Below, in pieces: positions 50,973-63,585 of a stretch of 64,000 bases of DNA. The stretch lies in the NCBI GenBank assembly GCA_030390025.1, contig CM059431.1, forward strand, positions 153,886,001 to 153,950,000, written 5' to 3'. This stretch comes from Squalus acanthias. Taxonomy: Eukaryota. Numbering within the stretch: position 1 is the stretch's first letter; each line of letters starts with the position of its first letter. The position numbers and the translations under genes are program-made. The notes under the pieces were generated by a model, which was not told the DNA's origin, searched no databases, and was given only the letters and a program-made list of their open reading frames with translations.

Positions 50973-51424
50973 TACTGCCTATTGGTGTCTTGTCCAAGAA
51001 TTCAGAAATCATTAAGATCTAAAAACTCCATCCACCCGCCTTGGTTCTGTAACCATTAATACCATTGCCTAGCTAAAATATCAACATATCAGTTTAGAAA
51101 TGTCCAATTGGCTTAGCCTTAACACGATGTTTTCCGGAAAGAGTTTCATATTTCCATTGGCTTTTGTGTGAATAAGTGCTTTCTGACATCACACCTGATC
51201 GGCGTAGCTTAAATTTTGAGTTTCTGCCCGTTGTTCAGGACTCTCCCACCAGAGGAAGTAGATTTTCTCTATTACAACTAGTCTGTGCGTGTGTTTCTAC
51301 TCCATACGAGTCTCTTCCCATTCCATCTACCTTAACGCACCCTTTCAGCATATTTCTATTTCATGTTCTCTCATGTACTCGACCAGTTGCCTTTTGAAAA
51401 CAAGAAAGTTATTTGCCACCGACA

Positions 51425-54400
51425 CGGCACTGGGCTATTCTGTTTTTAGTGGGTCAGAGTACCCTGGGATATTCGGATTGCAAAGAGTCGGAGTAACGTG
51501 GGCAAAACAGAGGGCCGGAGTACACTGGGCTAGTGGGACTGCAGAGGGTGAGAGTACCCTGGGCAAATAGGCCTACAGTTGGTCTGAGTCACCTCTCTAT
51601 TGGGCCTGTAGAAGGCCAGACTACCTGCCCTAATCAATCTGTAGCGGGTAATAGTACCCTGGGCAATTGCATCTGTAGACGGTCAGAGTTCCTGGGCTAT
51701 TGAATTTGTAGAGGGCTAGGGTAAACTGGGCCGTGTAGAGTGTCGGAGAACATTGGGCTATTGAGTCTCTAAATGGTTAGAATATGTTAGTTCAGAATGT
51801 CCTGGGATATTTGCCTTGCAGACATTCAAAGTACCGGCGGCTTTTGGGAAAACAATTGTTCAGAGTACTTTGCTCTATTGGGCCTGGAGAGGGTCAGAAT
51901 ACTCTGGATATTGGGTCTACAGCGGCTCAGGGCACCTTGGGAATACCGGCCTTTAGAGGGTCAGAGTACCCTGGGATACTGGGCCTTTAAACATTCAGAC
52001 CTCCCTGGGAACAATGGGCCTTCAGAGGTTCAGAGTACCCTTGACTATACAGCGTGTCAGAGTACCCAGGGTTATAAAAAAATCAGATAACACGGAGATA
52101 TTGGTAGCTTAAATCGTCTGTGACCCTTGGACATATGGGAATTTGGAGGAGATGCGTTCCCACAGCAATTGAACATGTAAAAAGAACATTAGAACATAAG
52201 AAATAGTAGTAGGAGTAGGCCAGCTGGCCCCTCGAGCATGCTCCCCCATTCAATAAGATCATGGCTAATCTGATCTCGGCCTCAACTCCACTTCCCTGCC
52301 CGCTCCCCATAACCGTTGACTCCCTTATCGTTCAAAATCTGTCTGTCTCCAGCTAAAATATATACAATGACCAGCCTCAGAGATGAGTATTGAACTATTG
52401 GGCTTGAAAGGGTCAGATTTCCTTGACATATAGGGCCTGTAGAATGACAGAGTACGCTGAGCTGTGCATAAGTTAAGAGCACCCTAGGTTATTGGCCAGA
52501 AGAGTGTCAGTGCAACCTGGGCTAGGTAGAGGGTTAGAGTCCCCCTGTGCTATTGAATCTTTGGAGGGTTTGTGTACAATGGGCTATCGGGCATTTAGTG
52601 GGTCAGAGTTCTTGGGCTATTGTGTCTGTAGAGAGCTAGGGTAAGTTGGTAGCGTAGATTGTCGGACTACCCTAGATGATGGAGTCTGTTTATGGTCCGA
52701 ATAAGTGGGCCATTGAGTCTTTAGATGGTCGAGCATCCTGCGCATTTCCATTTGTAGCCGGTCAAAGTACACGGGGAGTTAGGGCCTACAAAGCTTCAGA
52801 ATGCTTTGCGCTATTGGGTCTATCGAGCGACAGATATTGTGGACACTTGGGTCTATGGAGGCTCAAAGTACCCCGGAATAATGGACCTGCAGAGTGTCAG
52901 TGTACATTGGGATATTGAGCCAGTTGTATGTTAGGGTACCCTCGGCTACGCAGAGGGTTAGAGTAACCTGGGCTATACTGAAGATAAGATTACGATGGGA
53001 TATCGGGCGTTTAGTTCAGAGTATCGGGAAAAATAGGCTTTGAGCCTGTGGAATATCAGCGTACCTGAGATGAATTCAGAGATTCAATCAGTGTAATCTC
53101 TAAAAGACCAGAGTACACTGACCTATAAAACGGGTCAGATAAAACATGACTATTTAACGTGCAGATGGCTAAGAGTACCTGCACCACTGAGTCTGGAGAG
53201 GCTCAGAACAACAGCGATGCTGAATTCTATAGAGGGTCAGACGTCCTGCGCTTTTGATTCTGTAGAGGGTCAAAGTACCCTGGACTATTGACGTTTTAAA
53301 CTCTCAGAGTTGACTGGCTATTGGGACTGAAAAGCTTCAGAGCACGCTGGGCTATTGGGTCTGTATAGGGTCAATGTACCCTGGCCTAGACAGAGGGTCA
53401 TAGTACCTGGGCAATATGCCATGCAAAGTGACATATCAGCTTGGCTATTGAGCCTGTAGAGTGTCAGTGTACTCTGAGCTATTGGTCCTGCAGGTATTCA
53501 GCGTACGCTGGGCTATTGGGTCTGCAGAGTTTCAGAATAGCCTGGACGAAACTGTGGATGAGATATCCGTCAGCTAGTGAGCCTGCAGAAAGTTAGCGTA
53601 CCTGAGCTGTTGGCCTTGTAAAGAGTCAGATTACACTCGGCTACGGAAAGGGTCAAAGTAACCTGGACTATTGAATCGACGGTGGGTCACAGCATTATGC
53701 AGTATTCAGCATTTAGAGGATCAGAGTACCCTGGGACATTTGGTCTGCGAAGGGTTTGTGTGCCCTGGGCTATTGGCCTTTTGATGGTAAGATTTTCCTC
53801 TGCTATTTTATATATAACGAGTCCGCGTCCCCTGGCAATAATACAGCCAGAGTACCTGGGAAATTGGGTATTTAGAGGATCAAAGTACGCTTGGTTATTG
53901 GACCTTTAGAGGGTCAGAATTCCATGGGCTATTGTGTTATTTGAGGTCCAAACTACCCTGGGCTATTTGGCCTTCAGAGGATCAAAGTACCCCGGGCTGT
54001 TGGGCCTATAGAGGGGCAGAGTACCCTGGGATATTTAGTCTGTGGAGGGTCAGTGTGCCCTGGGCTATTGGCATTTAGATGGTCAGTGCTTCCTGGGATA
54101 TTTTAACTATAACGATTCAGCGTCCCGTGACAATAATAGGGTAAGAGTACCTGGGCTATTGAGAATTTAGAGGATCCAAGTACGCTTTGTTATTGGCCAT
54201 TTTGAAGGTCAAATTTCCCTGGGCTATTCTGTTATTAGAGGCCCAAATATGTCTGGGTTATTGGGCTTTTATAGGATCAAAGTACCGGGGCGGTTGGCCC
54301 TATAGAGGGGCAGAGACCCCTGGGAAAATCAGAGGATTAGGGAACCCTGGGCTACTGATCTTTTAGTGTCAAAGTACCCTGGGCTATTGGGCCTTTAGAG

Positions 54401-54608
54401 GATCAGAGCACCCGGGGCTGCAGGGCCTATAGAGGGGCAGAGTACCCTGTGGAAATCAGAGGATCAGAGAACCCTGGGCTACTGGGCTTTTAGTGTCAAA
54501 TACTCTGGGCTATTGAGACTGTAGAAGGTCAGAGTGCACTGAGCTATTGAGCCTGTGATGTTTCAGATTACCCTGGGATATTAGGTCTTCAGAGGCTCAG
54601 CGAACCCT
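51425..54608 (+). repeat. Degenerate ~34-bp minisatellite array 2 with higher-order structure
   Basis: Same unit and orientation as array 1; CR1 3' fragment inserted at about 52183-52380. Confidence 0.92.
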
Positions 54609-54615
54609 TAACTTT

Positions 54616-57600
54616 TAAGAACATAAGAACATAAGAAATAAGAGCAGGAGTAGGCCAATCGGCCACTCGAGCCTGCTCCGCCATTCAATAAGATCATGAC
54701 TGATCTGATCCTAACCTCAAACCTAAAGAACACAAGAAGTAGGAGCCGGACCCGGCCACTCAGCCCCTGAGCCCGCTCCGCCAGCCACAGGGCCTTGACC
54801 GATCCGAACTCAGCCTCATGTCCAATTTCCTGCCCGCTCCCCATAACCCCTAATTCCCTTTACTTCTAGGAAACTGTCAATTTCTGTTTTAAATTTATTT
54901 AATGATGTAGCTTCCACAGCTTCCTGGGGCAGCAATTTCCACAGACCTAAAACCCTCTGAGTGAAGAAGTTTCTCCTCAATCTCAGTATTGAAAGAGCAG
55001 CGCCTTATTCTAAGATTATGACTCCTAGTTCTAGTTTCACCCATCCTTGGGAGCATCCATACCGCATCCACCCGATCAAGCCCCTTCACAATCTTACTTG
55101 TTTTAATAAGATCGCCTCTCATTCTTCTGAACTCCAATGAGTAGAGTCCCAATCTACTCAACCTCTCCTCATATATCCACCCCCTCATTCCCGGGATTAA
55201 CAGAGTGAACCTTATTTGTACTGCCTCGAGAGCAAGTATGTATTTTTGTAAGTTTGGACACCAAAACTGTATGAAGTATTCCAGGAGCGGACTCACCAAT
55301 ACATTGTATAACTGCAGCAATACCTCCCTGTTTTTATAATCTATCCTCCTAGCAATATAATCCAACATTCCGTTGGCCTTCTTGATCACCTGCTGCACCT
55401 CCATGCTAACTTTTTGATTTTCTTGCACCAAGACCCCCAGATCCCTTTGTACTGCAGTACTGTCCAGTTGCTCGCCATTAAGATAATAACTTGCTCTCTG
55501 ATTTTTCCTGCCAAAATGCATAACCTCACATTTTCCAATATTGTATTGCATCTGCCAAATCTCTGCCCACTCACCCAGCCTGTCTGTATCCCCTTGTAGG
55601 TTTTTTATGTCCTCCTCACTTTCTACTTTCCCTCCCATCTTTGTATCATCTGCAAACTTTGATATGTTACACTCGGTCCCCTCCTCCAAATCGACAATAT
55701 AGATTTTAAAGAGTTGGGGACCCAGCACCGACCCCTGCGGAACAACACTGGCTACTGGTTGCCAGTCCCAGAATGAACCATTTATCCCAACTCTCAGCTT
55801 CCTGTTAGATAACCAATCCTCCACCCATGCCAGAATATTACCACCAATCCAGTGATTTATTATCTTGAGCAATATTCTTTTATGTGGCACCTTGTCAAAT
55901 GCCGTCTGGAAGTCTAAATACACTACATCCACTGGTTCCCCTTTATCCACCCTGTACGTTATGTCCTCAAAGAACTCAAGCAAATTTGTCAGACATGACT
56001 TCCCCTTCATAAAGCCATGCTGACTTTGTCATATTAAATTATGTTTAACTAAATGTTCCGTTACTGTCTCCTTAATAATACACTCCGAAATTGTACCCAC
56101 CACAGATGTTAGGCTAACTGGTCTATAATTTCCAGCCTTCTGCCTACTACCCTTTTTAAATAAGCATGTTACATTAGCAGTTTTCCAACCTGCCGGGACC
56201 TTTGCTGACTCCAGGGAATTTTGGAAAATTATTACCAAAGCATCCACAATCCCTACTTTCACTTCCCTCAAGACCCTAGGATATAAGCCATCAGGTCCAG
56301 GGGATTTATCCGCCTTGAGTCCCATTATTTTATGAGCACCAATTCCTTAGTGATTTTAATCGTATTTAGCTCCTCCCCCCTCAGAGCCCCCTTTTTGTCC
56401 AGTATTGGGATATTTTTAGTGTCCTCTACCGTAAAGATTGAAACACAATATTTTATTCAGCATTTTTGCCATCTCCATGTTTCCCAGCATTAACTTCCTG
56501 GTCTCATCCTCTAAGTGACCTAAGTTTGCCTTAACCACCCTTTTTCTTTTTATATAACTATAGAAACTCTTGCTATCTGTTTTTATATTTTTTGCTAATT
56601 TATTTTCATAATCTATGTTCCCTTTCTTAATCAATCCTTCAGTTACTTTTTGCTGTCTTTTGAAGACTTCCCAATCTTCTATCCTCCCACTAATTTTGGC
56701 TACCTTATACGTCCTTGTTTTTGGTCGGATACTATCGATAATTTCTTTACTTCGCCACGGATGGCTGTCATTTCTTTTACACCCTTTTTTCCTCAGTGGA
56801 ATATAATTTTTTTGAAAGTTGTAAAATATCTCCTTAAATGAACACCACTGCTCATGTACCATCTTACCCTTTAATCTATTTTCCCAGTCCACTTTAATCA
56901 ATTCCGCTCTCATAACATCATAGTCTCCTTTATTCAAGCTCAGTACGCTTGTTTAAGAAACAACCTTCTCACCCTCTAATTGGATATGGAATTCAACCAT
57001 GTTATGGTCAGTCATTCCAAGGGGATCCTTAACTAGGACATTATTAATTAATCCTGACTCATTACACATGACCAGGTCCAAGGTTGCTTTCCCCCTTGTA
57101 GGATCAGTTACATACTGCTCAAGAAATCCATCCCTAATAATCTCAATAACTCTTCCTCAAGCCCGCCCTGCCCAATTAGATTTGTCCAGTTAATATGATA
57201 GTTAAAATACCCCATAATTCTAGCTGTTCCCTTATTACATGCCCCAACTATTTCCTGATTAATAATTCTTCCAGCAGAGTTGCAACTATTAGGAGGCCTA
57301 TATACTAATCCCACTATTGTTTTTTTCCCCTTATTATTCCTTAACTCCACCCAAACGTTTCCATTATCCTGATCCTTTGACCCAATATCATTTCTCTGAA
57401 TTAGAGTGATTCCTTCCTTTATTAACAAAGCTACCCAACCTCCCCTTTCTTCCTGCCTTTCCTTCCTGATTGTTAAATACCCTGGCATATTTAATTCCCA
57501 GTCGTTGTCACCCTGCAGACATGTTTCTGTAATGGCCACAAGATCATACCCATACGTAGCTATTTTTTGCAGTAAACTCATCCATTTTGTTACGAATGCC

Positions 57601-58128
57601 ACGTGCATTAAGATAAAGAACTTTCAAATATGTTTTGTGACACTTTGTTCCTGCTTTTTCCTTTTTAAACACTTTACCTTTTACTACATACCTTCTGTCC
57701 CTTCCTGACACGCTTTCCTCTCTCTCCCTGCTCAGGTGCCCAACCCGCTGCCACTTTAGTTTAAACCCTCCCCAACAAAACTAGCAAACACTCCCCCTAG
57801 GACAGCAGTCCCGGCCCTGCCCAGGTGCAGACCGTCCGGGTGTACTTACCCCACCTCCCCCAGAACCGGTTCCAATGTCCCAGGAATTTGAATCCCTCCC
57901 CCTTGCACCATTCCTCTAGCCACGTATTCATTTGAAATATCCTCCTATTTCTACTCTGACTAGCACTTGGCACTGGTAGCAATCGTGAGATTGCTGCCTT
58001 TGAGGTCCTACTTTTAATTTACCTCCTAACTCCCTATAATCTGCTTTTAGGACCTCATCCCCTTTTGTACCTATATCGTTGGTACCTATGTGCGCCACAA
58101 CAGCTGGCTGTTCGCCCTCCCCCTCCAA
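54616..58128 (-). mobile_element. CR1 LINE (partial ORF1, endonuclease, RT, doubled 3' UTR), related to 2336-5357
   Basis: ORFs 57928-58128, 57108-57608, 56416-56937, 56029-56325, 54895-56010 (371 aa RT). Confidence 0.95.
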
Positions 58129-58130
58129 AT

Positions 58131-58810
58131 GTGCGTAGATCCCTGAATGTGGCAGGACATATTGAGAGAAAGGTTAACAAAGCATATGGGATCTCGGGCT
58201 TCATAAATAGTGGTATTGAGTACAATAGAAGAGAAGTTATGCTGAACCTTTAAAAAAGGCTCGTTAGGCCACAACTGGAGTATTGCGTCCAGTTCTGGTC
58301 ACCGCACTTTAGGAAGGATGTGAAGGCACTTGAGAGGGTGCAGAGGAGATTTACCAGAATAGTTCCGGGGAAGGGGTATCTTTGTTACAAGGACAGGTTG
58401 GAGAATCTGGATTTGTTTTCATTAGAGCAAAGGAGGTTGCGGTGTGATTTTATTGAGGTGTACAAACTTATGACGGGTTTGGATAGGCTAGACGGGAAAG
58501 GCTGTTCCCACTTGTTCTTTGTACAAGGTCTAGGGGGCAAAGATTTAAGGTTTTGGGCAAGAGATACAGGGGGAATGTGAGGAAAAACAGTCTTACACAG
58601 TGAGTGGTGAGGACCTGGAACTCGCTGCCGACGGAAGTGGTGAAAGTGGAGACACTCAATGTTTTCAAGGAGAGACTGAATAGGCACTTGGGGAAATAAA
58701 CTTGCAGGGATACGGGGATAGAGTGGGGGAATGGGCCGAACTGGATAGCACTACAGGGAGCCGGCACGGACATGATGGGCCGAATGGCCTCCTTCTCTAC
58801 CAGTATGACT
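58131..58810 (+). mobile_element. CR1 3' fragment
   Basis: ORF 58320-58580 (ALERVQRRFTRIVPG..LFSLEQRRLR); 3' motif GGGCCGAATGGCCTCC. Confidence 0.87.
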
Positions 58811-58814
58811 CTGA

Positions 58815-59767
58815 GTATCACATATAAATCGTACGAAACAGGCGACAGCCGGACCTTCCAGGGGAGCGGAAGCACAACTTAATGATGACACTCCCCTCGA
58901 GGAGGCCGTGCTGGCCGTGATCGGGAGGGAAGTGGAAGACAGTGTCCAAATGCAGAGCCGGGGACATCTCGCCTAGAGGTATGTGACCACTGCAACTTCC
59001 TTGCAGATGAACAACTATTCCTGATCGCGAATCTTCCTAAGCGATCCTCACTCCCAAGCTTCAAATGATCTCATCACACGCATCCTCCAATAGTAGCCAC
59101 ACGCGCTCCACCCTAGCCCTTCCAACTTTATCAGTGCAAGCGCCGACGAGCCAGTCCCACCTCGCCCCGTGGAGCAGGTTGGAGAAGAGCAGCAACCTCC
59201 TCCTCCTCCAGAGGAGAACAGCACGGAGGAGGATAGCGGGGAAGAATGCACTGCGTCAATGGTTACCACTGTCAGAGACACCAGTTCAAATAACGTCACC
59301 ATACACAACATAGAGGCTAACATAGTAAAACTTTAAATACATTTTAAAAAAATCACATTTTTAAAATGACTTTAAAGTAAATTAAATTAACTATTTTAAA
59401 CAAAAATTTACATTTTTCAAAAAAAATTATTAAAGTTTTTTACGGGGCTTAAAATAAACTTACCTTTTTTAAAGTACTGTTAAATGATAAATCAGTGGAA
59501 ATTTAAAAAAAAACTTTTTCCAACTTTTTACCAGGCGCAAGAATTGTTATGGTTTTCTGCGGGCGTAGGGTCTCCAAAAAGCGGAACTCTCCGTCCGCAG
59601 AGGCCCTTCTCCCGGGCAGCAGGAGGATCTGTCAAGAGCTTTCTTGACAGATCGGAAATGCCGGTTTCCAGCGCATGCGCAGTGCATGCCTGAAACCGGC
59701 ATTTCCGATGTCATTACGGGTGCGTACACAGCGCGTAGCCACCCGTAGGTATCGGAATATCCGGCCC
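58815..59767 (+). mobile_element. Harbinger-derived element: putative Myb/SANT-like gene remnant plus structured right end (copy C)
   Basis: Plus strand reads ..GAEAQLNDDTPLEEAVLAVIGREV.. followed by an acidic/Pro-rich tract; AT-rich block; hairpins at 59626-59747; terminus GAATATCCGGCCC|ATT. Confidence 0.65.
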
Positions 59768-60376
59768 ATTATTTTTTTGGCAAAATTACCAGCCTATGCG
59801 CATTTGAATATTATTTTTCTTTTCAATTAACTTTTGTTGATAACTTTAATTTTTGAATCTTCACGAGGTTGGATTACGAGCTATTGACGATTCCAAATGC
59901 TTTCACCGGTGTCAATCCATTAATATTTACCAATCGATTGATGTGTCATTTAAAGTGGCAGACCTCGAGCCCATGTAAACTGGGTTGTGTGCAGCCTTTG
60001 TTCTTTTGGATGAGCCGGTGACTTGCTGAGCGGTTGGATCTTCCAGTGCTAGTCCCAGAATTCCCGAGTATCTCGGGCATTGGGTTCAAGGCCCCTTCTG
60101 CAGTTAATGTCTGCACAGCCGGCCTCACTGTCTAAGAGGGGTGAATATCTGAGAGCTACGGACTGGGCTGATTTTTCCTTATATCCACATTGGGAACCGA
60201 GCCAGGACATAGCTGATTAATTATTTTATGTTAATGTCTTTATTTATTGGAAAGCCTCCTGAACATCAGCAATACGTGTCAATAAGGGACTGTGGGTTTG
60301 CAGCTAAAAAAAAAACAGGTAAAAATATGGAATCCTCACTTGATAGTTAATGTAAAAATTGTTAAAAAAAATGAAT

Positions 60377-62809
60377 GGGCAGGGCTCCAGCGGGGAAATG
60401 CCTCCGATCCGCAATTAAAATCCACGCCTACCTTCTTCCTCGGGATTTACGGAGACTCGCGCTCCTGGGCCTCTGCACATAGGAATTTATAATGGTGAAC
60501 AAAGAAATGGCAGCTCAATTAAGTACATACTTTGTTTCTGTCTTCAAAAAGGAGGACACAAATAACCTCCCAGAGATGTCGGGGAATATAGGGTCTAATG
60601 AGATGGAGGAACTGAAAGAAATCAGTATTTGTAGGGAAATAGTGTTAGGGAAATTGACGGGTTTAAAGGCCGATAAATCCCCAGGGCCTGATAATGTACA
60701 TCCTAGGGTACTTAAAGAAGTGGCCCTCGAAACAGTAGATGCATTGCTGGTCATCTTCCAAAATTCTACAGACTCTGGAACAGTACGCATGGATTGGAGG
60801 GTAGCTAATGTTACCCCACTATTTAAAAAAGGTGGTAGAGAGAAAACGGGTAATTATATCCGGTAAGCCTGACATCGGTAGTGGGGAAAATGCTCGAGTC
60901 CATTATAAAAGATGTAACAGCAGAGCACTTGGAAAACAGTGACAGGATCGGACAAAGTCAACATGGATTTACAAAAGGTAAATCGTGCTTGACTAATCTA
61001 CTGAATTTTTTTGAGGATGTAACTGGTAAAATAGATAAGGGAGAACCAGTGGATGTGGTGTATTTGGACTTTCAGAAGGCTTTAGATAAGGTCCCGCATA
61101 AGAGATTGGCGTGTAAAGTTAAGGCACATGGGATTGGGGCCAAGGTACTGACTTTGGATAGCGAACTGCTTGGCAGAAATAAAGCAAAGAGTTGGATAAA
61201 TGGGTCTTTTTCCGAGTGGCAGGCAGTGACTAGTGGGGTACCGCAGGGTTCGGTCCTGGGACCCCAGCTATTCACAATATATATTAATGATCTCGACGAG
61301 GGAATTGGATGTAATATCTCCAAGTTTGCAGACGACACAAAGCTGGGTGGGAGTGTGTGCCGTGAGGAGGTTCCTAGAAACTCCAGTATGATTTGGACAG
61401 GTTGGGTGATTGGGAAGAAGCATGGCCGATGCAATATAATGTGAATAAATGCGAGGTTAATCACTTTGATGTCAAAAGCAGGAATGCAGATTATTATCTG
61501 AATGGCAATAGATTGGGAGATGGAGAAGTGCAACGAGACCTGGGTGTCCTTGTGCACCAGTCGCTGAAGGTAAGCATGCAGGTGCAGCAGGCGTTTAAGA
61601 AGGCAAATGGTATGTTGGCCTTCTTAGCGAAAGGGTACTAGTACAGGAACAAGGATGTCTTGCTGCTGTTGTACAGGGCCTTGGTGAGTCCACATCTTGA
61701 GTATTGTGTACAGTTTTGATCGCCTTATCTGAGGAAGGATGTTCTTGCCATGGAGGGACTGCAGCGAAGATTCACCAGGCTGATACCTGGGATGGCAGGA
61801 ATGATGCATGAGGAGAGATTGGGTCGATTGGGCTTATACTCGCTGGAGTTTAGAAGAATGAGAGGGGATCTTCTTGAAACTTATAAAATTCTAACAGGAC
61901 TAGACAGACTAGATGCAGGAAGGATGTTCCCGATGGCCGGGATGTCCAGAACCAGGGGTCACAGTCTAAGTATAAGGGAAAAGCCATTTAGGAGTGAGAT
62001 GAGGAGGAATTTATTCACCCAGAGAGTGGTGAACCTGTGGAATTCTCTACACAGAAGGCAGTAGAGGCCAATTCATTAAATATATTTAAGAAGGAGTTGG
62101 ATATATTTCTTAAAGCTAAAGTGATCAAGCGATATGGGAAGAAGGCAGTGACAGGGTACTGAATTTGGATGATCAGCCATGATCTCATTGAATGGCGGAG
62201 CAGGCTCGAGGGACTGAATGGCCTGCTCCTTCTCCTATCTTCTATATTTCTATGACATGCGCAGAATTCCACGTATCGCGTGGGCCGGCAGAACCAACGA
62301 AAGAAGTGAATCCCAATATATGCGTCTGGGGATTCTGCACGACCGGAATCCCCATAAGCATGAATGGGGATGACATAAAAAACATACTGACATACCAAAT
62401 AATTAAAAAATGTTACGTATTTAAAATTAATTTAAATACAATTTAATTAAACATTTTAAACAAATGTTTACTATTTTGAAAAATAATTTTAAACGTTTTA
62501 AATGTGCTAAAAATAACCTAAATTTATTTTACTGGTTTTTTAAAGTTTAAATAATTGAATTTAAAAAAATATTTATTTAAACACTTATGCTGTCAACAGA
62601 ACGCCTTACGCCAGCTTTTACCAGCCAGACGATTTTCACGGGCATTCGCTGGGCAGTAGTTGAGCGAATAACCCAACTCTCTACCCGCGAATGCCCTTTT
62701 CCCGGGAATTATTCGTGGCAGATCGTAAGTTCCGAGTTTTCACGCATGCGCTTCCAGTGCCTACGGGTGTGTACGCGGTCGCTCCCTTAGGCACTGGAAA
62801 ATACGGGCC
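60377..62809. mobile_element. Harbinger-type MITE copy D, split by a CR1 insertion
   Basis: AAT flanks at 60374-76 and 62810-12; right end GAAAATACGGGCC; left TIR match is weak; removing the CR1 restores TCTGCACATGCGCAGA. Confidence 0.7.
60481..62254 (+). mobile_element. CR1, 5'-truncated, with 4-bp TSD
   Basis: ORFs 60492-60866, 60881-61444, 61393-61641, 61750-62064; TSD ACAT at 60477-80 and 62255-58. Confidence 0.94.
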
Positions 62810-63003
62810 AATGTTTTTCCCACCAGTAAATCCCCAAGCAGATCTTTCACCTGCAGCTCCGAGAATTAAAGTGAAGTGTCCCTTTGCTCTGAGACACTTG
62901 TCGTGTCCGGCACCGGCAGTTTCTGTCGCGTAAGTCCCCGCCCAGCGATCGAACAGAATCAACAACATTTCCTCATTGTTTCAAATCAAGCGGCTAAAGC
63001 GAG

Positions 63004-63069
63004 GTATCGCCCTTGCGGAAAGGTTAAGGCGATGACCTAGAATTCAGTATTCGATTCCTGCCGGCTATG
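63004..63069 (+). pseudogene. Degenerate tRNA-Ser(AGA)-like pseudogene lacking the variable arm
   Basis: GGTTAAGGCGATGACCTAGAATTCAGT and TTCGATTCCTGCCGGCTATG resemble vertebrate tRNA-Ser GGTTAAGGCGATGGACTAGAAATCCAT and TTCGAATCCTGCCGACTACG (recalled). Confidence 0.55.
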
Positions 63070-63304
63070 GGCCTCCTCCTTCCCTTTAAAAATAAACAGA
63101 AGGGTCACTATTGTTTTCCAACATAAAGTAATAAATATGGAGCATTTGGTGATACATATGGATAATCTGGTGATAAATATGAGCATTCCCCCCCCCCCTC
63201 ATACTTTAAACAAATCTGTTTGAACATAATTGATCTCTTATCAGTAGTGTGGTTCTTATCGACTCGAACAGATGTCCATTTTATATCTACCACTGCTCCT
63301 TTTT

Positions 63305-63585
63305 AGCAGGCTCGAGGTGCTGAATTGCATCCTGCTATTCGAGTAACGGACACGAGGGCCACATTGGCCTTCGCTTTTTCCTATATATCTTGCTCTAGCG
63401 GCTGAAAGGTCTACTCATGTTTCAATGTAACAGGTTCAAGCGGCTGGATGACCTACTCCTGTTCCTATGTAACAGGCCCGTGGGACCGAATCGATGACTG
63501 CTCTTCCTATGTAACATGTTCGAAGGGTTGAGCGGCCTATTCCCATTCCTGTGTAACATGTCGGTGGAGCGGAATGGCCTACTCT
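63305..63585 (+). repeat. ~42-bp tandem array derived from the CR1 3' terminal motif (about 7 units)
   Basis: TAACA at 63428, 63470, 63512, 63554; consensus close to TAACAGGCTCGAGGGGCTGAATGGCCTACTCCTGTTCCTATG. Confidence 0.85.

Noticed and set aside
20520..54608. 34-bp arrays as CRISPR or repeat-protein genes (e.g. ORFs 21428-21754, 51797-52090)
   Set aside because: Contiguous degenerate monomers without spacers; unit length not divisible by three; frequent stops.
688..61557. Numerous 60-180 aa ORFs antisense to CR1 RT (e.g. 688-1044, 8556-9083, 49603-50007, 61072-61557)
   Set aside because: Shadow frames of LINE coding sequence that recur in each copy; no independent protein motifs.
62859..62929. 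Possible plus-strand exon (ctgcag|...|gtaagt)
   Set aside because: Splice-like signals only, weak pyrimidine tract, no homology recognised.
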